Shown: positions 45,776 to 55,410 of the stretch, one piece after another
Layout: each line of letters starts with the position of its first letter
Numbering within the stretch: the stretch's first letter is position 1
Source: Candidatus Woesebacteria bacterium
GTDB taxonomy: Bacteria; Patescibacteriota; Microgenomatia; UBA10105; UBA927
Length of the DNA: 64,000 nt
Assembly: GCA_018062625.1 (NCBI GenBank)
Contig: JAGORV010000002.1
Span: forward strand, 20,823-84,822
Reading direction: 5' to 3'
The notes under the pieces: model-generated
What the model was told of the DNA's origin: nothing
The model's input: only the letters and a program-made list of their open reading frames with translations
Databases searched by the model: none
Program-made: the position numbers and the translations under genes

Positions 45776-47398
45776 CTATATTTCTATGACCTCACCAACC
45801 AGCTTTTTGATGAAACTTGAGTCGTGTGATATGTAGAGGATGCCACCTGTATACGAAAGTAGTGCATTTTCTAGTTCTTCTATAGAAGGTAGGTCTAAAT
45901 GGTTGGTCGGTTCGTCTAAGATAAGGAGATTTGGCTTGTTTGCGAACATTTTTATGAGCTGAAATCGAGCCTTTTGCCCTCCAGAGAGATTTTCTACTTT
46001 TATTTTGCTATCTACTTTGGCGTCAAACAGATATCGAGATAGGGTAGTCATGACCATCTCACGATCTGCGGGGATATCGTGCTCTTCATATACTTTATGC
46101 ACGGCCACTTCTAAAGTGAGGGGGAGATATTGTGAGTTTATTTCCTGTTCGTATTCGCCGATTCTGGTCATGGAACCTACTTTGATTTGGCCATCATAAA
46201 GTTTGGCCGCGGGCTTTTCATCTTTATACTGAGACATGATGGTGCGAACGAGTGTACTTTTTCCTGCACCATTTCGCCCTTTTATAAATACACGATCTTC
46301 GCTTCCTACTTTAAACGCCTTTCCGGTAAAGAGGGGATGATCATAGCCAAGCGATAAGTCTTTCACTGCGACCAGTTCGCTTATGCGATCGGTGCTTACG
46401 GGGATCGCTATATTTACATTTTTTTCTTTAAACTTGTGATATGAGTCAGTGACGCGCTTATCTAATCCTTCTACGGATTCCTGATCTATCCAAAATGATG
46501 GTTTGACCGTTTCGGCTTTTATTTTTTCATAATCTTTTACCCAATGGTCGTAACGGATCTTCCATGCTTTGCTTTTGGCTCGCATTTGGAGACCCCATGT
46601 GACGCGCTCTTTAGCTTCTTTGAGTTTTTTGAGTTGGTTTTGATAGAGGATGACAGAATTTGTCGTTTGTGCGGTGTTTTGGGTGAGATATGCATCGTAG
46701 TTACCTTTGTATGATGAAATAGTTTTGTCTTTGAGCTCTATGATGCGGTCTACATTACTTAACACATCACGATCATGGGTCACGACGAGGATGCCTTCTT
46801 CGACCATGCTCATCCATGCGATAAATTGTTCTTTACCTACATAATCCATGTGATTGGTAGGCTCATCGATCAGGAGTAATTCTGCTTGGGAATACATCAT
46901 GCGAGCCAGTTCTACAAATCGCTTCTCTCCTCCGGAGAGCGTCACAAGTGGATTTTTTGCCGTTTCGTTATCTATTTGAAAGTCAGCAAGCGTCGCCATG
47001 ATGAGATCTTTTATATAGTAGTACCCATTCTCTGAAAAGTATTCCATCGCGGTCGTATAGAGGTGTAAATCTTCGTGGTGACCTTTTTCAAAATCCGCCA
47101 ATACCTTTTCATATTCTGTATAGTGAGGCACACTGTCCAATATGTATTCCAATGCACTCATTTTGTTGTCGGTGAGATGCTCTTGGCGTGTGAGGATAGT
47201 TCTAAGATTTTTTTTTCGTACTATTTCGCCTTGGAAATCTGTATCTATCCCGCCCAAAATATTCATGAGGGTAGATTTGCCTTCACCATTGCGACCGATG
47301 AGCGCTACTTTTTCTTTGGGACCTATATGGATATCCAAATCCGTAAACAGTGTTTTGGATCCAATAGTTTTCGATAGATGTTGGGCAGCAATGAGCAT
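45776..47398 (-). CDS. ABC-F family ATPase (translation-associated, Uup/EttA/YheS-like)
   Basis: Two tandem NBDs without TM domains (Walker A GRNGEGKST and GRNGAGKST; signatures LSGGEKRFV and LSGGQKARF) joined by a charged linker. Confidence 0.88.
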   Translation of the reverse strand: MLIAAQHLSKTIGSKTLFTDLDIHIGPKEKVALIGRNGEGKSTLMNILGGIDTDFQGEIVRKKNLRTILTRQEHLTDNKMSALEYILDSVPHYTEYEKVLADFEKGHHEDLHLYTTAMEYFSENGYYYIKDLIMATLADFQIDNETAKNPLVTLSGGEKRFVELARMMYSQAELLLIDEPTNHMDYVGKEQFIAWMSMVEEGILVVTHDRDVLSNVDRIIELKDKTISSYKGNYDAYLTQNTAQTTNSVILYQNQLKKLKEAKERVTWGLQMRAKSKAWKIRYDHWVKDYEKIKAETVKPSFWIDQESVEGLDKRVTDSYHKFKEKNVNIAIPVSTDRISELVAVKDLSLGYDHPLFTGKAFKVGSEDRVFIKGRNGAGKSTLVRTIMSQYKDEKPAAKLYDGQIKVGSMTRIGEYEQEINSQYLPLTLEVAVHKVYEEHDIPADREMVMTTLSRYLFDAKVDSKIKVENLSGGQKARFQLIKMFANKPNLLILDEPTNHLDLPSIEELENALLSYTGGILYISHDSSFIKKLVGEVIEI

Positions 47399-47452
47399 AG
47401 TTGTTCATTATACCATTCGAAGCAGGCTCACAGCATGCTATAATTCCTTATT

Positions 47453-48529
47453 ATGAATCTTAAAATCGGAATCGTTGGATTACCAAATGCAGGAAAGTCT
47501 ACATTGTTTAATGCACTGCTCAAAAAGCAGGTTGCATTTGCCGCCAATTATCCGTTTGCCACCATAGAGCCAAACGTTGGGATTGTGCCTGTACCAGATG
47601 AACGGTTGGCGCGATTGGCAGAAATTACCAAACTGGAAGATAAGTTAGAAAAATTGCCACCATTGCGACCTGCAACGGTTGAGTTTGTTGATATAGCGGG
47701 ATTGGTAAAAGGTGCATCCGAGGGCGAAGGATTGGGAAATAAATTTCTCGCCCATATTCGTGAAGTAAATATCATTTGTAACGTTTTGCGATTTTTCCCT
47801 GATTCAAACATCGTTCATACCGAAGGAACCATAGACGCCAAACGTGATCGAGATATAGTAGAGACTGAGCTCGTTTTGGCAGACTTGCAGACGTTAAATA
47901 AGCAAGGTGAGCCGAAAATGAATGCCACCAAAGAAGATCGTGCTCGATATGATGTTGTTCAACGACTAAAAGTGGCGATGGATGGGGGCAAAAAAGCTTT
48001 GGAGGTGCTTACCGATCCAGACGAGCAAGAGCTTATCCGACCATTACAGCTTCTCACTATGAAGCCATTTGTGTACGTAGGCAATGTATCGGAGACGCAA
48101 CTTGGCACACCACCCGAGACAGATATAGCACCAATTGTATTTATATGCGCCCAGACAGAATCCGAACTTGCGACCATGAGCGAGGAAGAGCAAAAAGACT
48201 ATTTAAAATCACTTGGTGTTACATCTTCTGGTTTAGATCTGCTCATCAAAAAAGCATATGAGACACTTGGTCTTATTTCGTTTTTAACTACAGGTGAATT
48301 AGAGTCTCGTGCGTGGACGATTGAGAAGGGCATGATAGCACCACAAGCCGCAGGAGTAATCCACACAGATTTTGAAAAGAAATTTATAAAATGTGACACG
48401 GTAGCATTTGACGATTTTGTCGCTCTTGGTGGCTGGAAGAAGGCTCGCGAAGCAGGGAAGGCGAGAAGCGAAGGGAAAGAGTATGTCATGCAAGATGGGG
48501 ACGTAGTAGAATTCAAAATTGGAGCATAA
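47453..48529 (+). CDS. ychF: ribosome-binding ATPase YchF (Obg-family GTPase)
   Basis: G1 GIVGLPNAGKSTLFNAL; G-domain motifs; C-terminal TGS domain. Confidence 0.92.
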   Translation: MNLKIGIVGLPNAGKSTLFNALLKKQVAFAANYPFATIEPNVGIVPVPDERLARLAEITKLEDKLEKLPPLRPATVEFVDIAGLVKGASEGEGLGNKFLAHIREVNIICNVLRFFPDSNIVHTEGTIDAKRDRDIVETELVLADLQTLNKQGEPKMNATKEDRARYDVVQRLKVAMDGGKKALEVLTDPDEQELIRPLQLLTMKPFVYVGNVSETQLGTPPETDIAPIVFICAQTESELATMSEEEQKDYLKSLGVTSSGLDLLIKKAYETLGLISFLTTGELESRAWTIEKGMIAPQAAGVIHTDFEKKFIKCDTVAFDDFVALGGWKKAREAGKARSEGKEYVMQDGDVVEFKIGA

Positions 48530-48535
48530 CCGTTT

Positions 48536-48594
48536 TACGGAGTATATAACTCGTTCTTGGCAACGATAGCCTCCGTATGGTATTATTTATTCCT
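48536..48594 (+). promoter_or_regulatory. structured leader hairpin upstream of rpsF (possible S6:S18 autoregulatory element)
   Basis: 7-bp stem TACGGAG/CTCCGTA enclosing a 28-nt loop, then a U-rich tract ending at the rpsF ATG (48595); no SD. Confidence 0.35.
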
Positions 48595-48879
48595 ATGAAG
48601 GCAGTTTACGAGTTTATGTTGTTGGTTCACCCAGATGTGGACCTCACTGACGAAAAAAAGCAAAAGACCTATCTTTCCAAGCTTCTTGGAGATAATGTTG
48701 TAATTTCTAGTCTCACTTCTTTGGGTAAAAAAGCACTCGCATACAAGATCAAAAAGCAAGAAATGGCTACTTATTTGGTAGCAGAGCTTTCTGCAGATGC
48801 GATCAAAGTAGGTGACATCGAAAAGAAAACACGACTAAATGATGAGATTTTGCGTTACATGTTGATTGTCAAAGAATAA
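48595..48879 (+). CDS. rpsF: 30S ribosomal protein S6
   Basis: YEFMLLVHPD...LAYKI... S6 pattern at the head of the conserved rpsF-ssb-rpsR cluster. The ORF track starts 18 nt earlier, at 48577. Confidence 0.8.
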   Translation: MKAVYEFMLLVHPDVDLTDEKKQKTYLSKLLGDNVVISSLTSLGKKALAYKIKKQEMATYLVAELSADAIKVGDIEKKTRLNDEILRYMLIVKE

Positions 48880-48891
48880 AAGAGGGGATAT

Positions 48892-49383
48892 ATGTCATCG
48901 AGAAGTTTAAACAAAGTGACATTGATTGGGAATCTGACTCGGGATCCAGAGCTCCGGTACACACCGACAGGGGCTGCAGTTTGTACTATTGGATTAGCTA
49001 CAAATCGCGCATGGGTTACCGACAGCGGAGAGAAAAAAGAAGAGACAGAGTTTCACAGGGTTGTCGCGTGGAACAAGCTTGCAGAATTGTGTAGCCAGCT
49101 ACTTGCAAAGGGTCGCAAAGTCTATGTAGAAGGACGACTTCGGACCAGTGCATGGACCGCACAAGATGGCGGACAACGCACAACGACAGAGATAGTCATA
49201 GAAGACATGATCGTGTTAGACTCTAAACGACCAGAAGACGGGGCACAAGTTGCAGCAGAGCCACAAGCTCAAGCTACTACACCAGCTCCAAAGACAACAA
49301 AAAAAGCGACAAAAGATGAGCCAGAAGAAGTAAAAGTATCTGCACCAGCAGAAAATGTGAATCCAGACGATATACCGTTCTAA
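48892..49383 (+). CDS. ssb: single-stranded DNA-binding protein
   Basis: OB-fold start MSSRSLNKVTLIGNLTRDPELRYTPTG, disordered linker, acidic C-terminal tip DDIPF. Confidence 0.9.
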   Translation: MSSRSLNKVTLIGNLTRDPELRYTPTGAAVCTIGLATNRAWVTDSGEKKEETEFHRVVAWNKLAELCSQLLAKGRKVYVEGRLRTSAWTAQDGGQRTTTEIVIEDMIVLDSKRPEDGAQVAAEPQAQATTPAPKTTKKATKDEPEEVKVSAPAENVNPDDIPF

Positions 49384-49397
49384 TTTAAAAAACTATT

Positions 49398-49640
49398 ATG
49401 CAAAGAAAAGGTAAATTTGTTAAAAGACTTCGACCAGTTCCAACCAACTGTCCTTTCTGTGCGGCCAAATCCGTACCAGATTATAAGGATGTAGCAATGT
49501 TATCCAAATACATCACAGAGCGCGGCAAGTTTTTGGGCCGAAGCCGAAGTGGCGTATGTGCTAAGCATCAGCGCAAACTCGAACAAGCGGTCAAACGAGC
49601 TCGCATCGTTGCGTTATTGCCATTTGTGGTAAGAGCGTAA
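49398..49640 (+). CDS. rpsR: 30S ribosomal protein S18
   Basis: CPFCAAK...[18 protein letters not shown]...[17 protein letters not shown], typical S18. Confidence 0.9.
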   Translation: MQRKGKFVKRLRPVPTNCPFCAAKSVPDYKDVAMLSKYITERGKFLGRSRSGVCAKHQRKLEQAVKRARIVALLPFVVRA

Positions 49641-49668
49641 ATTCCAAATACTTGGTATACTATTTTTC

Positions 49669-50961
49669 ATGAGTACTCTGCCGTTCTCAAAAATACGCTC
49701 GCTTCTTCTTATTTTTTCCTTTGTACTTCTCGTCGGGGGTGCTGGGTATTGGCTTGGAGAACGAAAAGCTTCTATTGGTATAAGTACCGATAAACGCATT
49801 GTAGTGAATACTGAAGCTCCAGCTGCAGTCGGAGATGTGGAGTTTGCGTTGTTTTGGGATGTATGGAGTAAAGTAATTCACTACTATGTAGAACCCAATA
49901 CCATCGATATGCAAAAGCTCGTGTATGGAGCAATCACCGGCATGGTGAACGCAGTAGGTGATCCGTATACATCATTTTTTCCTCCCAAAGAAAACAAAGA
50001 TTTCAAAGAAGAACTCGGCGGCGCGTTTGAGGGTATTGGTGCACAGCTGGGCCTTAATGACGGGTACGTTATCATAGAATCTCCACTTCGTGGATCTCCT
50101 GCAGAAAAAGCAGGGCTTAAACCGAAAGATTTTATTTTAAAAGTAGATGGTAATGAAACCGTGGGATGGAGTGTACAGGATGCGGTGAACAAAATTCGCG
50201 GACCCAAGGGCACAAAAGTTACTTTGACTATATTGCACGAATCAGCGACAAAGCCTGTAGATATTGCGATAGAACGAGCCACAATAACCATACCTTCGGT
50301 AGTATCTTGGATCAAAAGTCCCTCACAAATTACCGAAATTTCCTCTGCTACAGAAGCGGCGAGCTTTAGAAACGATCCCAAATCCATCGCATATATTCAG
50401 CTATCCCGTTTTGGCGATAATACGAACAACGATTGGATCAAAGCAGTTAATGAAATCGTGGCATATAAGAAAAATAATGCAAACAAACTCGCAGGGTTTA
50501 TTCTCGACATGAGAAATAATCCAGGGGGATACTTGGAAGGATCAGTGTTTGTCGCTAGTGAGTTTATCAAAAGTGGCGTTGTGGTAAGTCAGAAAAATAG
50601 TGATGGATCGTTGCAAGAATATAAAGTAAATCGTGCAGGCTCTCTTTTGGATATACCTATGATTGTCATGATAAATAAAGGGAGTGCATCAGCTGCTGAG
50701 ATCGTGACGGGAGCGCTTCGTGATTATAAGCGAGCCACTGTAGTGGGGGAGAAATCATTTGGTAAAGGCACAGTGCAGACACCATTTGATCTCTCTGGCG
50801 GCTCTAGTGTTCATATAACCACTGGAAAATGGTTATTGCCACAGGGAGATTCTATTAGTCAAAAAGGTATAACCCCAGATATTACGGTAGCCCTTACCGA
50901 CAGTTCGACTGCTACCAATGATGCCCAGCTTGCAAAGGCCATCGAGTTACTTCTAAAATAA
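49669..50961 (+). CDS. carboxyl-terminal processing protease (peptidase S41, CtpA-like)
   Basis: N-terminal TM anchor, PDZ domain, S41 catalytic region (MRNNPGGYLEGSV, MINKGSASAAEIVTGAL, K near GKG). Confidence 0.85.
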   Translation: MSTLPFSKIRSLLLIFSFVLLVGGAGYWLGERKASIGISTDKRIVVNTEAPAAVGDVEFALFWDVWSKVIHYYVEPNTIDMQKLVYGAITGMVNAVGDPYTSFFPPKENKDFKEELGGAFEGIGAQLGLNDGYVIIESPLRGSPAEKAGLKPKDFILKVDGNETVGWSVQDAVNKIRGPKGTKVTLTILHESATKPVDIAIERATITIPSVVSWIKSPSQITEISSATEAASFRNDPKSIAYIQLSRFGDNTNNDWIKAVNEIVAYKKNNANKLAGFILDMRNNPGGYLEGSVFVASEFIKSGVVVSQKNSDGSLQEYKVNRAGSLLDIPMIVMINKGSASAAEIVTGALRDYKRATVVGEKSFGKGTVQTPFDLSGGSSVHITTGKWLLPQGDSISQKGITPDITVALTDSSTATNDAQLAKAIELLLK

Positions 50962-50970
50962 TATCGATTT

Positions 50971-51582
50971 TTGCTTCAGAATTCACTTTCACCTATACTA
51001 CACTTCATGGGATTTTTAAAGGATATATTGTTTGGACGGCCCAAAGTACAAGACCTTCGTCAGGTCTTGCCACCTGAAGCATTTGAGGTATCGTCTGTTC
51101 ACATGCGACCCTATAGAGCGTTTGATCCAATCTCCAGAGATGTGTTTTGCTCGTGGTTGCTTCAGTCGTTTGCTGAGTCACGAGGAAATCTACCACTTCA
51201 GGCAGATTATATAAACCTTACGGGTTTGAATACAAATTTGAATGTCCGACAATCGTTGAGAAATTTCGCATATGGCACCAATAATGTGTTTGCTCCATGG
51301 ATGCGTCTTACAGGCAGGGAACAACGAGCCATGACCGATGCGTATGCGAAATTGATGAAGACAGAGATTTCACAAATGCGACTCCTCGATAGACCGTACC
51401 ATAAAGGACTGTACGTGCACGCACATGTAAACATAGCAGAGCGATTTGATGTTCAAATTAAGCATGTCATAGCCAGATTAGATCCCAAATGTACCAATTT
51501 GATTTCTATATCAAGGGGTATGGATATACAGGATTTTAGAAGACAGGTGGAGCCGCACTTGAAAGTGTATGCTCGAGGTTAA
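50971..51582 (+). CDS. hypothetical protein (203 aa)
   Basis: Intact ORF; no motif recognised; 4-nt convergent overlap with prfA. Confidence 0.5.
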   Translation: MLQNSLSPILHFMGFLKDILFGRPKVQDLRQVLPPEAFEVSSVHMRPYRAFDPISRDVFCSWLLQSFAESRGNLPLQADYINLTGLNTNLNVRQSLRNFAYGTNNVFAPWMRLTGREQRAMTDAYAKLMKTEISQMRLLDRPYHKGLYVHAHVNIAERFDVQIKHVIARLDPKCTNLISISRGMDIQDFRRQVEPHLKVYARG

Positions 51583-52277
51583 AATGAACTAGTCATCATT
51601 GCTTCGGATATTTTTTGCATTTTACCTTCTACTATATCTTCGAGGTTATGCCATGATTTATTTATGCGGTGATCGGTCACTCGATTTTGCGCATAGTTAT
51701 ATGTACGTATTTTTTCGCTTCGCATGCCACGCCCTATGATGCTTCGTTGTTCGCTCATAGACTGTTCTCGCTCGAGTAATTGTCGTTCCCATAGTTTTGC
51801 ACGAAGCATGCCGAGAGCTACTTGGCGATTTTGATATTGATCACGTTCTGTCTGGCATTGTACAACGATTCCTGATGGAGTATGGCGGATCCGCACTGCA
51901 CTGGACACTTTGTTTACGTTTTGGCCACCTTTGCCTCCAGCGCGGTAGAAATCCCATTCGATATCTTCAGGACGGACCAAGATTTCATTTTCAGGAATTT
52001 CTGGTAGTACCGCGATGGTTGCAGTCGATGTGTGAATACGTCCGTGACGCTCTGTAGTGGGGATACGCTGGACGCGATGGGTTCCTGCTTCGTACTGGAG
52101 TTTGGTAAACGCCTCTGCCCCTTTGATGCGAATGACGAGATCATCGAGCTGTTCTACTTTCCAGCCCAAGATATTGGCATACCGAGTGTACATACGCATC
52201 AGGTCTGCTGCCCATATACGTGCTTCATCGCCACCGGGACCTTGGCGAAATTCCATGATAGCGATGTCAGTTTTCAT
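51579..52277 (-). CDS. prfA: class I peptide chain release factor, RF1-type, lacking N-terminal domain 1 (232 aa)
   Basis: Aligns with RF1 from its domain 2 onward (MEFRQGPGGDEARIWAADLMRMYTRYA). Codon-recognition tripeptide P-T-T in RVQRIPTTERHGRIHTS (RF1 PxT type); GGQ motif in RAGGKGGQNVNK; domain 4 present. Only 37 nt separate it from rpmE upstream, so no N-terminal domain can be encoded there. Confidence 0.8.
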   Translation of the reverse strand: MKTDIAIMEFRQGPGGDEARIWAADLMRMYTRYANILGWKVEQLDDLVIRIKGAEAFTKLQYEAGTHRVQRIPTTERHGRIHTSTATIAVLPEIPENEILVRPEDIEWDFYRAGGKGGQNVNKVSSAVRIRHTPSGIVVQCQTERDQYQNRQVALGMLRAKLWERQLLEREQSMSEQRSIIGRGMRSEKIRTYNYAQNRVTDHRINKSWHNLEDIVEGKMQKISEAMMTSSF

Positions 52278-52314
52278 AGGATATAGGAAAGAAGAAGGAT
52301 TTGGTGAGTCTAAT

Positions 52315-52614
52315 CTACTTAGAACCCATCAACATCTCTTTGAGACTCTTTTGAGCTGGAGCATTAGACTGAAGTTGTTTTTTCTTTTTCTTAGAGACGT
52401 ACGTAGATCCTGCAGATTGTTTCTGTTTGGTTTGGAAGCGCTCTACACGACCCATGGTATCTACGAAACGCATTTCACCCGTGTAGAATGGGTGGCACTT
52501 GGCGCAGATATCGACCATGATTTTGTCCTTGGTGGCACCTACGGTGAACGCATTTCCACATGTACAGGATACTTGTGCGTCTGCGTACCATTTTGGATGT
52601 ATAGCTGCTTTCAT
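52315..52614 (-). CDS. rpmE: 50S ribosomal protein L31 with Lys-rich C-terminal extension
   Basis: MKAAIHPKWY...CTCGN...CAKCHPFYTG zinc-ribbon L31 core (~66 aa), plus a ~30-aa K/Q/S-rich tail. Confidence 0.88.
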   Translation of the reverse strand: MKAAIHPKWYADAQVSCTCGNAFTVGATKDKIMVDICAKCHPFYTGEMRFVDTMGRVERFQTKQKQSAGSTYVSKKKKKQLQSNAPAQKSLKEMLMGSK

Positions 52615-52652
52615 AGAGTTTTAATTATACTAGAAACCGACACAACTGTCCA

Positions 52653-53687
52653 TTAGCTGATAACAGCCGTGAAATCTACCTGCTTCATGAACTCCTCTGT
52701 GATAGGTGCGTTATACTCACGAGCTGCATGGATGTTGGTCTGGATGTACCTTCTGGTCGTACTACTTGGTGGCGTTTCTCGCAAAATTGGCGTAGCGCGG
52801 GACATCCAGTTTGAGGCTATTATTGTATCTTCTGGGGTATACGGTAAGCCAAGTGATGCGCCAATACGTAATCCTCTGGTGAGCATATCTGCTATGTTTA
52901 TGGCAGCCTGTAAGCCTCCTTTAGTTATATTTTTTTCGTGTAGTTCTATGGCTGATTCGGGAATACGAACGGTCGTGGGTTTTTCGGGTACCAAAACAGT
53001 TAAAACACCGTTTTTGGATTGTATTGCGCCCCAAAGTCCATCGACATTTGTACAATTTCTTGGATTTCGCATGTCTGTATCTCTTCCTGTAGGATAGACG
53101 CGCCAATATGAGAGGGGGATTCTCGTAATGTGTTGACTTCCTGCCCCTACCCAGTCAGTTTCGAACTCGATACCTACGTAGGGCATGTTTCTGCCTGGTA
53201 TTATCCCTTCAGTCCAATTGATGCGGTGTCTGGGCTTTAGTCTTTCATACGAATTTCGAAGTGCTGTGGAAGCATTTGGTTGCGGAGTACTTGGAATATC
53301 AAGTATTTTGCCGTCATGAGGGACTCCTAATGATGATTTTAAACCCTGCACGATCTGAGCAAATTGCTCGGGTGGCAGTGGTAGCTTATATTCGAGTTGA
53401 TTGTCTATGGGTCTTTCGGTGTCTGGATCGGCAGCCGATCCAAAGTGATGTGAGGGGACAACGCGTTGACTGTGTCTTACGAGTCTTCGAATTTCATCAA
53501 ATCTTCCTTTGTTTGGTTCAGCTATGAGCATTCGGGTTAGTCGTGACCCTCGTAAAAATGGGTTGGCACCGTGGTTCACAAGTGACTTTGTCGCCTCATA
53601 TCCCAATATTCCAAATTGTTCCCAAGTGCCTGTGGCCTCGTTTATTTGTGATGGTATATCGAGCGGTAATGATTCTATGTGTGTCAT
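52653..53687 (-). CDS. hypothetical protein (344 aa)
   Basis: Intact ORF; the segment ...VDGLWGAIQSKNGVLTVLVPEKP faintly resembles the C-terminal strands of an Hsp20/alpha-crystallin fold. No firm family. Confidence 0.5.
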   Translation of the reverse strand: MTHIESLPLDIPSQINEATGTWEQFGILGYEATKSLVNHGANPFLRGSRLTRMLIAEPNKGRFDEIRRLVRHSQRVVPSHHFGSAADPDTERPIDNQLEYKLPLPPEQFAQIVQGLKSSLGVPHDGKILDIPSTPQPNASTALRNSYERLKPRHRINWTEGIIPGRNMPYVGIEFETDWVGAGSQHITRIPLSYWRVYPTGRDTDMRNPRNCTNVDGLWGAIQSKNGVLTVLVPEKPTTVRIPESAIELHEKNITKGGLQAAINIADMLTRGLRIGASLGLPYTPEDTIIASNWMSRATPILRETPPSSTTRRYIQTNIHAAREYNAPITEEFMKQVDFTAVIS

Positions 53688-54994
53688 AGTATGGAAAGAA
53701 CTACTCCAGACTTTTTTTTGCTTGTAAGAATTATTTTGTTATGATCTTTCATAGAAGCGAGTTTTTGTCGCATACGAGAAATAACTTTATCGAGAGCCCA
53801 ATCAGAGTATTGTTGCTCTGTGTTTTTTCTCCAGATTGTTTTTGCTATTTCATCACGTGGGACAATGCGTCCAATTGGTGAGCAAAGCATGGAAAATACC
53901 ATTCGTTCGTGAGCGGAAAGATGGGCGAGTTGAGCGACTTCTTGTATGTTTACAATTTTTTCACCTGCAAGAAATCGATGAAGTGATTTGGAACAGATAC
54001 TATAGTCTTCCGTCAAACTATTTTCTTGCAAGATGCCGATATGGAGAAGCTGGTCAAGTGTGGGGTTTTGAGACGGGGTACTACCTGAAGCTATTTGCTT
54101 AAGGAGCGTTTGCTGCTCGGTGCGCAATGAATACCAGAATAATTTCACTCTCTCTATATATTCTGTATGTGTTCGAACTAATCCTTGGATTTCGCTTAAT
54201 GTAGTCATAGATTCCTTTTTCGCTATACGAACTGCGGCTTTTGCAAACAATGGCATGCCTCCTGCTTCTTTTACTATCAAGTCAGTAGCTTCTCGAGTGA
54301 GTTCGTGATTCCAGACATTCAACCGATACTGTATAAAATGGCGAATTTCATCGTCAGTGCGGTGAGAGGGTTTGATGACATGTTGAAATAATGAGTTGAA
54401 TGGAACTATAGATTGGGAGAATGTTGCCTCATCCCAGTTTTGGTACATGGTGAGAATAAAGTGTATAGAGTGTGGCAACGCATACAGCGTTTTATTTGCC
54501 AAATGAAAAAAACGCTGGAGTGCAGATAGCTTGATTTCTTCAGAAATGTTTATCACAAATACTATGTGGGTATTCTCTTCGTCAAGCGTTTGTTGCAACA
54601 AGGTAAAGAAGTCTTCTAAGGTAGTGCACTTTTTGCTGTGTCTCGGCAATGCATAGCTTAGCTGTTCGATCCATTCTTTCGTTTCATAATTTTCTGCTGA
54701 TCGAATGATGGGGTACTGCCAAAAGTATTTGGGCAGATCTTTTCCAAATACACGTTCTCGATCCGACGTTCGTTCTCGCAGATAATGTAGTAAATGGTCT
54801 TTTCCAAAAAATGGAGGTAGAAGGAGTGCTACACTTTCACCCATTTGTATTGGGGTGTAGATTTGATTCGCGAGTCGTTTGTAGAACTCCTCTGGAAATG
54901 GAAATAGGCTGTTAGAATAGGCATTTTTCATACAGATTGTCAGAATTATATCATAATTTATTCTAAACGATATAATCCTGACAGATATTGTCAA
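53684..54994 (-). CDS. putative transcriptional regulator: degenerate P-loop ATPase-like N-domain plus C-terminal OmpR/PhoB-type winged helix
   Basis: C-terminus LSAHERMVFSMLCSPIGRIVPRDEIAKTIWRK...ALDKVISRMRQKL...GVVLSIL fits the trans_reg_C wHTH pattern. N-terminal part has Walker B-like HIVFVINISEE but only a degenerate P-loop (PPFFGKDHLL). 4-nt overlap with the downstream gene. Confidence 0.55.
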   Translation of the reverse strand: MTISVRIISFRINYDIILTICMKNAYSNSLFPFPEEFYKRLANQIYTPIQMGESVALLLPPFFGKDHLLHYLRERTSDRERVFGKDLPKYFWQYPIIRSAENYETKEWIEQLSYALPRHSKKCTTLEDFFTLLQQTLDEENTHIVFVINISEEIKLSALQRFFHLANKTLYALPHSIHFILTMYQNWDEATFSQSIVPFNSLFQHVIKPSHRTDDEIRHFIQYRLNVWNHELTREATDLIVKEAGGMPLFAKAAVRIAKKESMTTLSEIQGLVRTHTEYIERVKLFWYSLRTEQQTLLKQIASGSTPSQNPTLDQLLHIGILQENSLTEDYSICSKSLHRFLAGEKIVNIQEVAQLAHLSAHERMVFSMLCSPIGRIVPRDEIAKTIWRKNTEQQYSDWALDKVISRMRQKLASMKDHNKIILTSKKKSGVVLSIL

Positions 54995-55066
54995 GCAAAC
55001 ATCCCACGAATTGCATATAGTTTAGATCGTAATTATTTGTTCCTGCCGTTATATGGAGGTTTGTTT

Positions 55067-55270
55067 ATGAAAAAGGGTGCTGAAAAGAATGAAGTATCGC
55101 AATTTCCTGTATCTGACGGATTTGAGCCTAAGCCAGCTTCTAAAGGCCGTGGATGCAATCCGCTATTTTGGCTTTTTGGCTCAAGAACTCAGAGAAATAT
55201 GGATGCGTTTTTGAAAGAGCACGACAAGCGAACAAAGGGTGGTGAGGGTCAAGCTCCTCAACCGAAGTAA
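55067..55270 (+). CDS. hypothetical small protein (67 aa)
   Basis: RBS GGAGG 8 nt before the ATG at 55067 (ORF-track start 55037 lacks an RBS). Confidence 0.4.
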   Translation: MKKGAEKNEVSQFPVSDGFEPKPASKGRGCNPLFWLFGSRTQRNMDAFLKEHDKRTKGGEGQAPQPK

Positions 55271-55410
55271 TAATGCAGATATGTTTTTACTTTTAAAACG
55301 TATTATTTATCGATTACGGAGTATTTTAACTTCTAAAAGAGTGGAGACTGAACAGTATGACTTTGATGCCATGGATAAACGGTGGACAGATGCCTTGTAA
55401 AGGATGAAAC

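Noticed and set aside
51579-52314. prfB-style programmed +1 frameshift explaining the short release factor
   Set aside because: The recognition motif is RF1-type (PxT), not SPF. No CTT-TGA-C slippery site or internal SD is present. The missing region is ~105 aa, not the ~25 aa that precede the RF2 frameshift. The upstream 37 nt run straight into rpmE.
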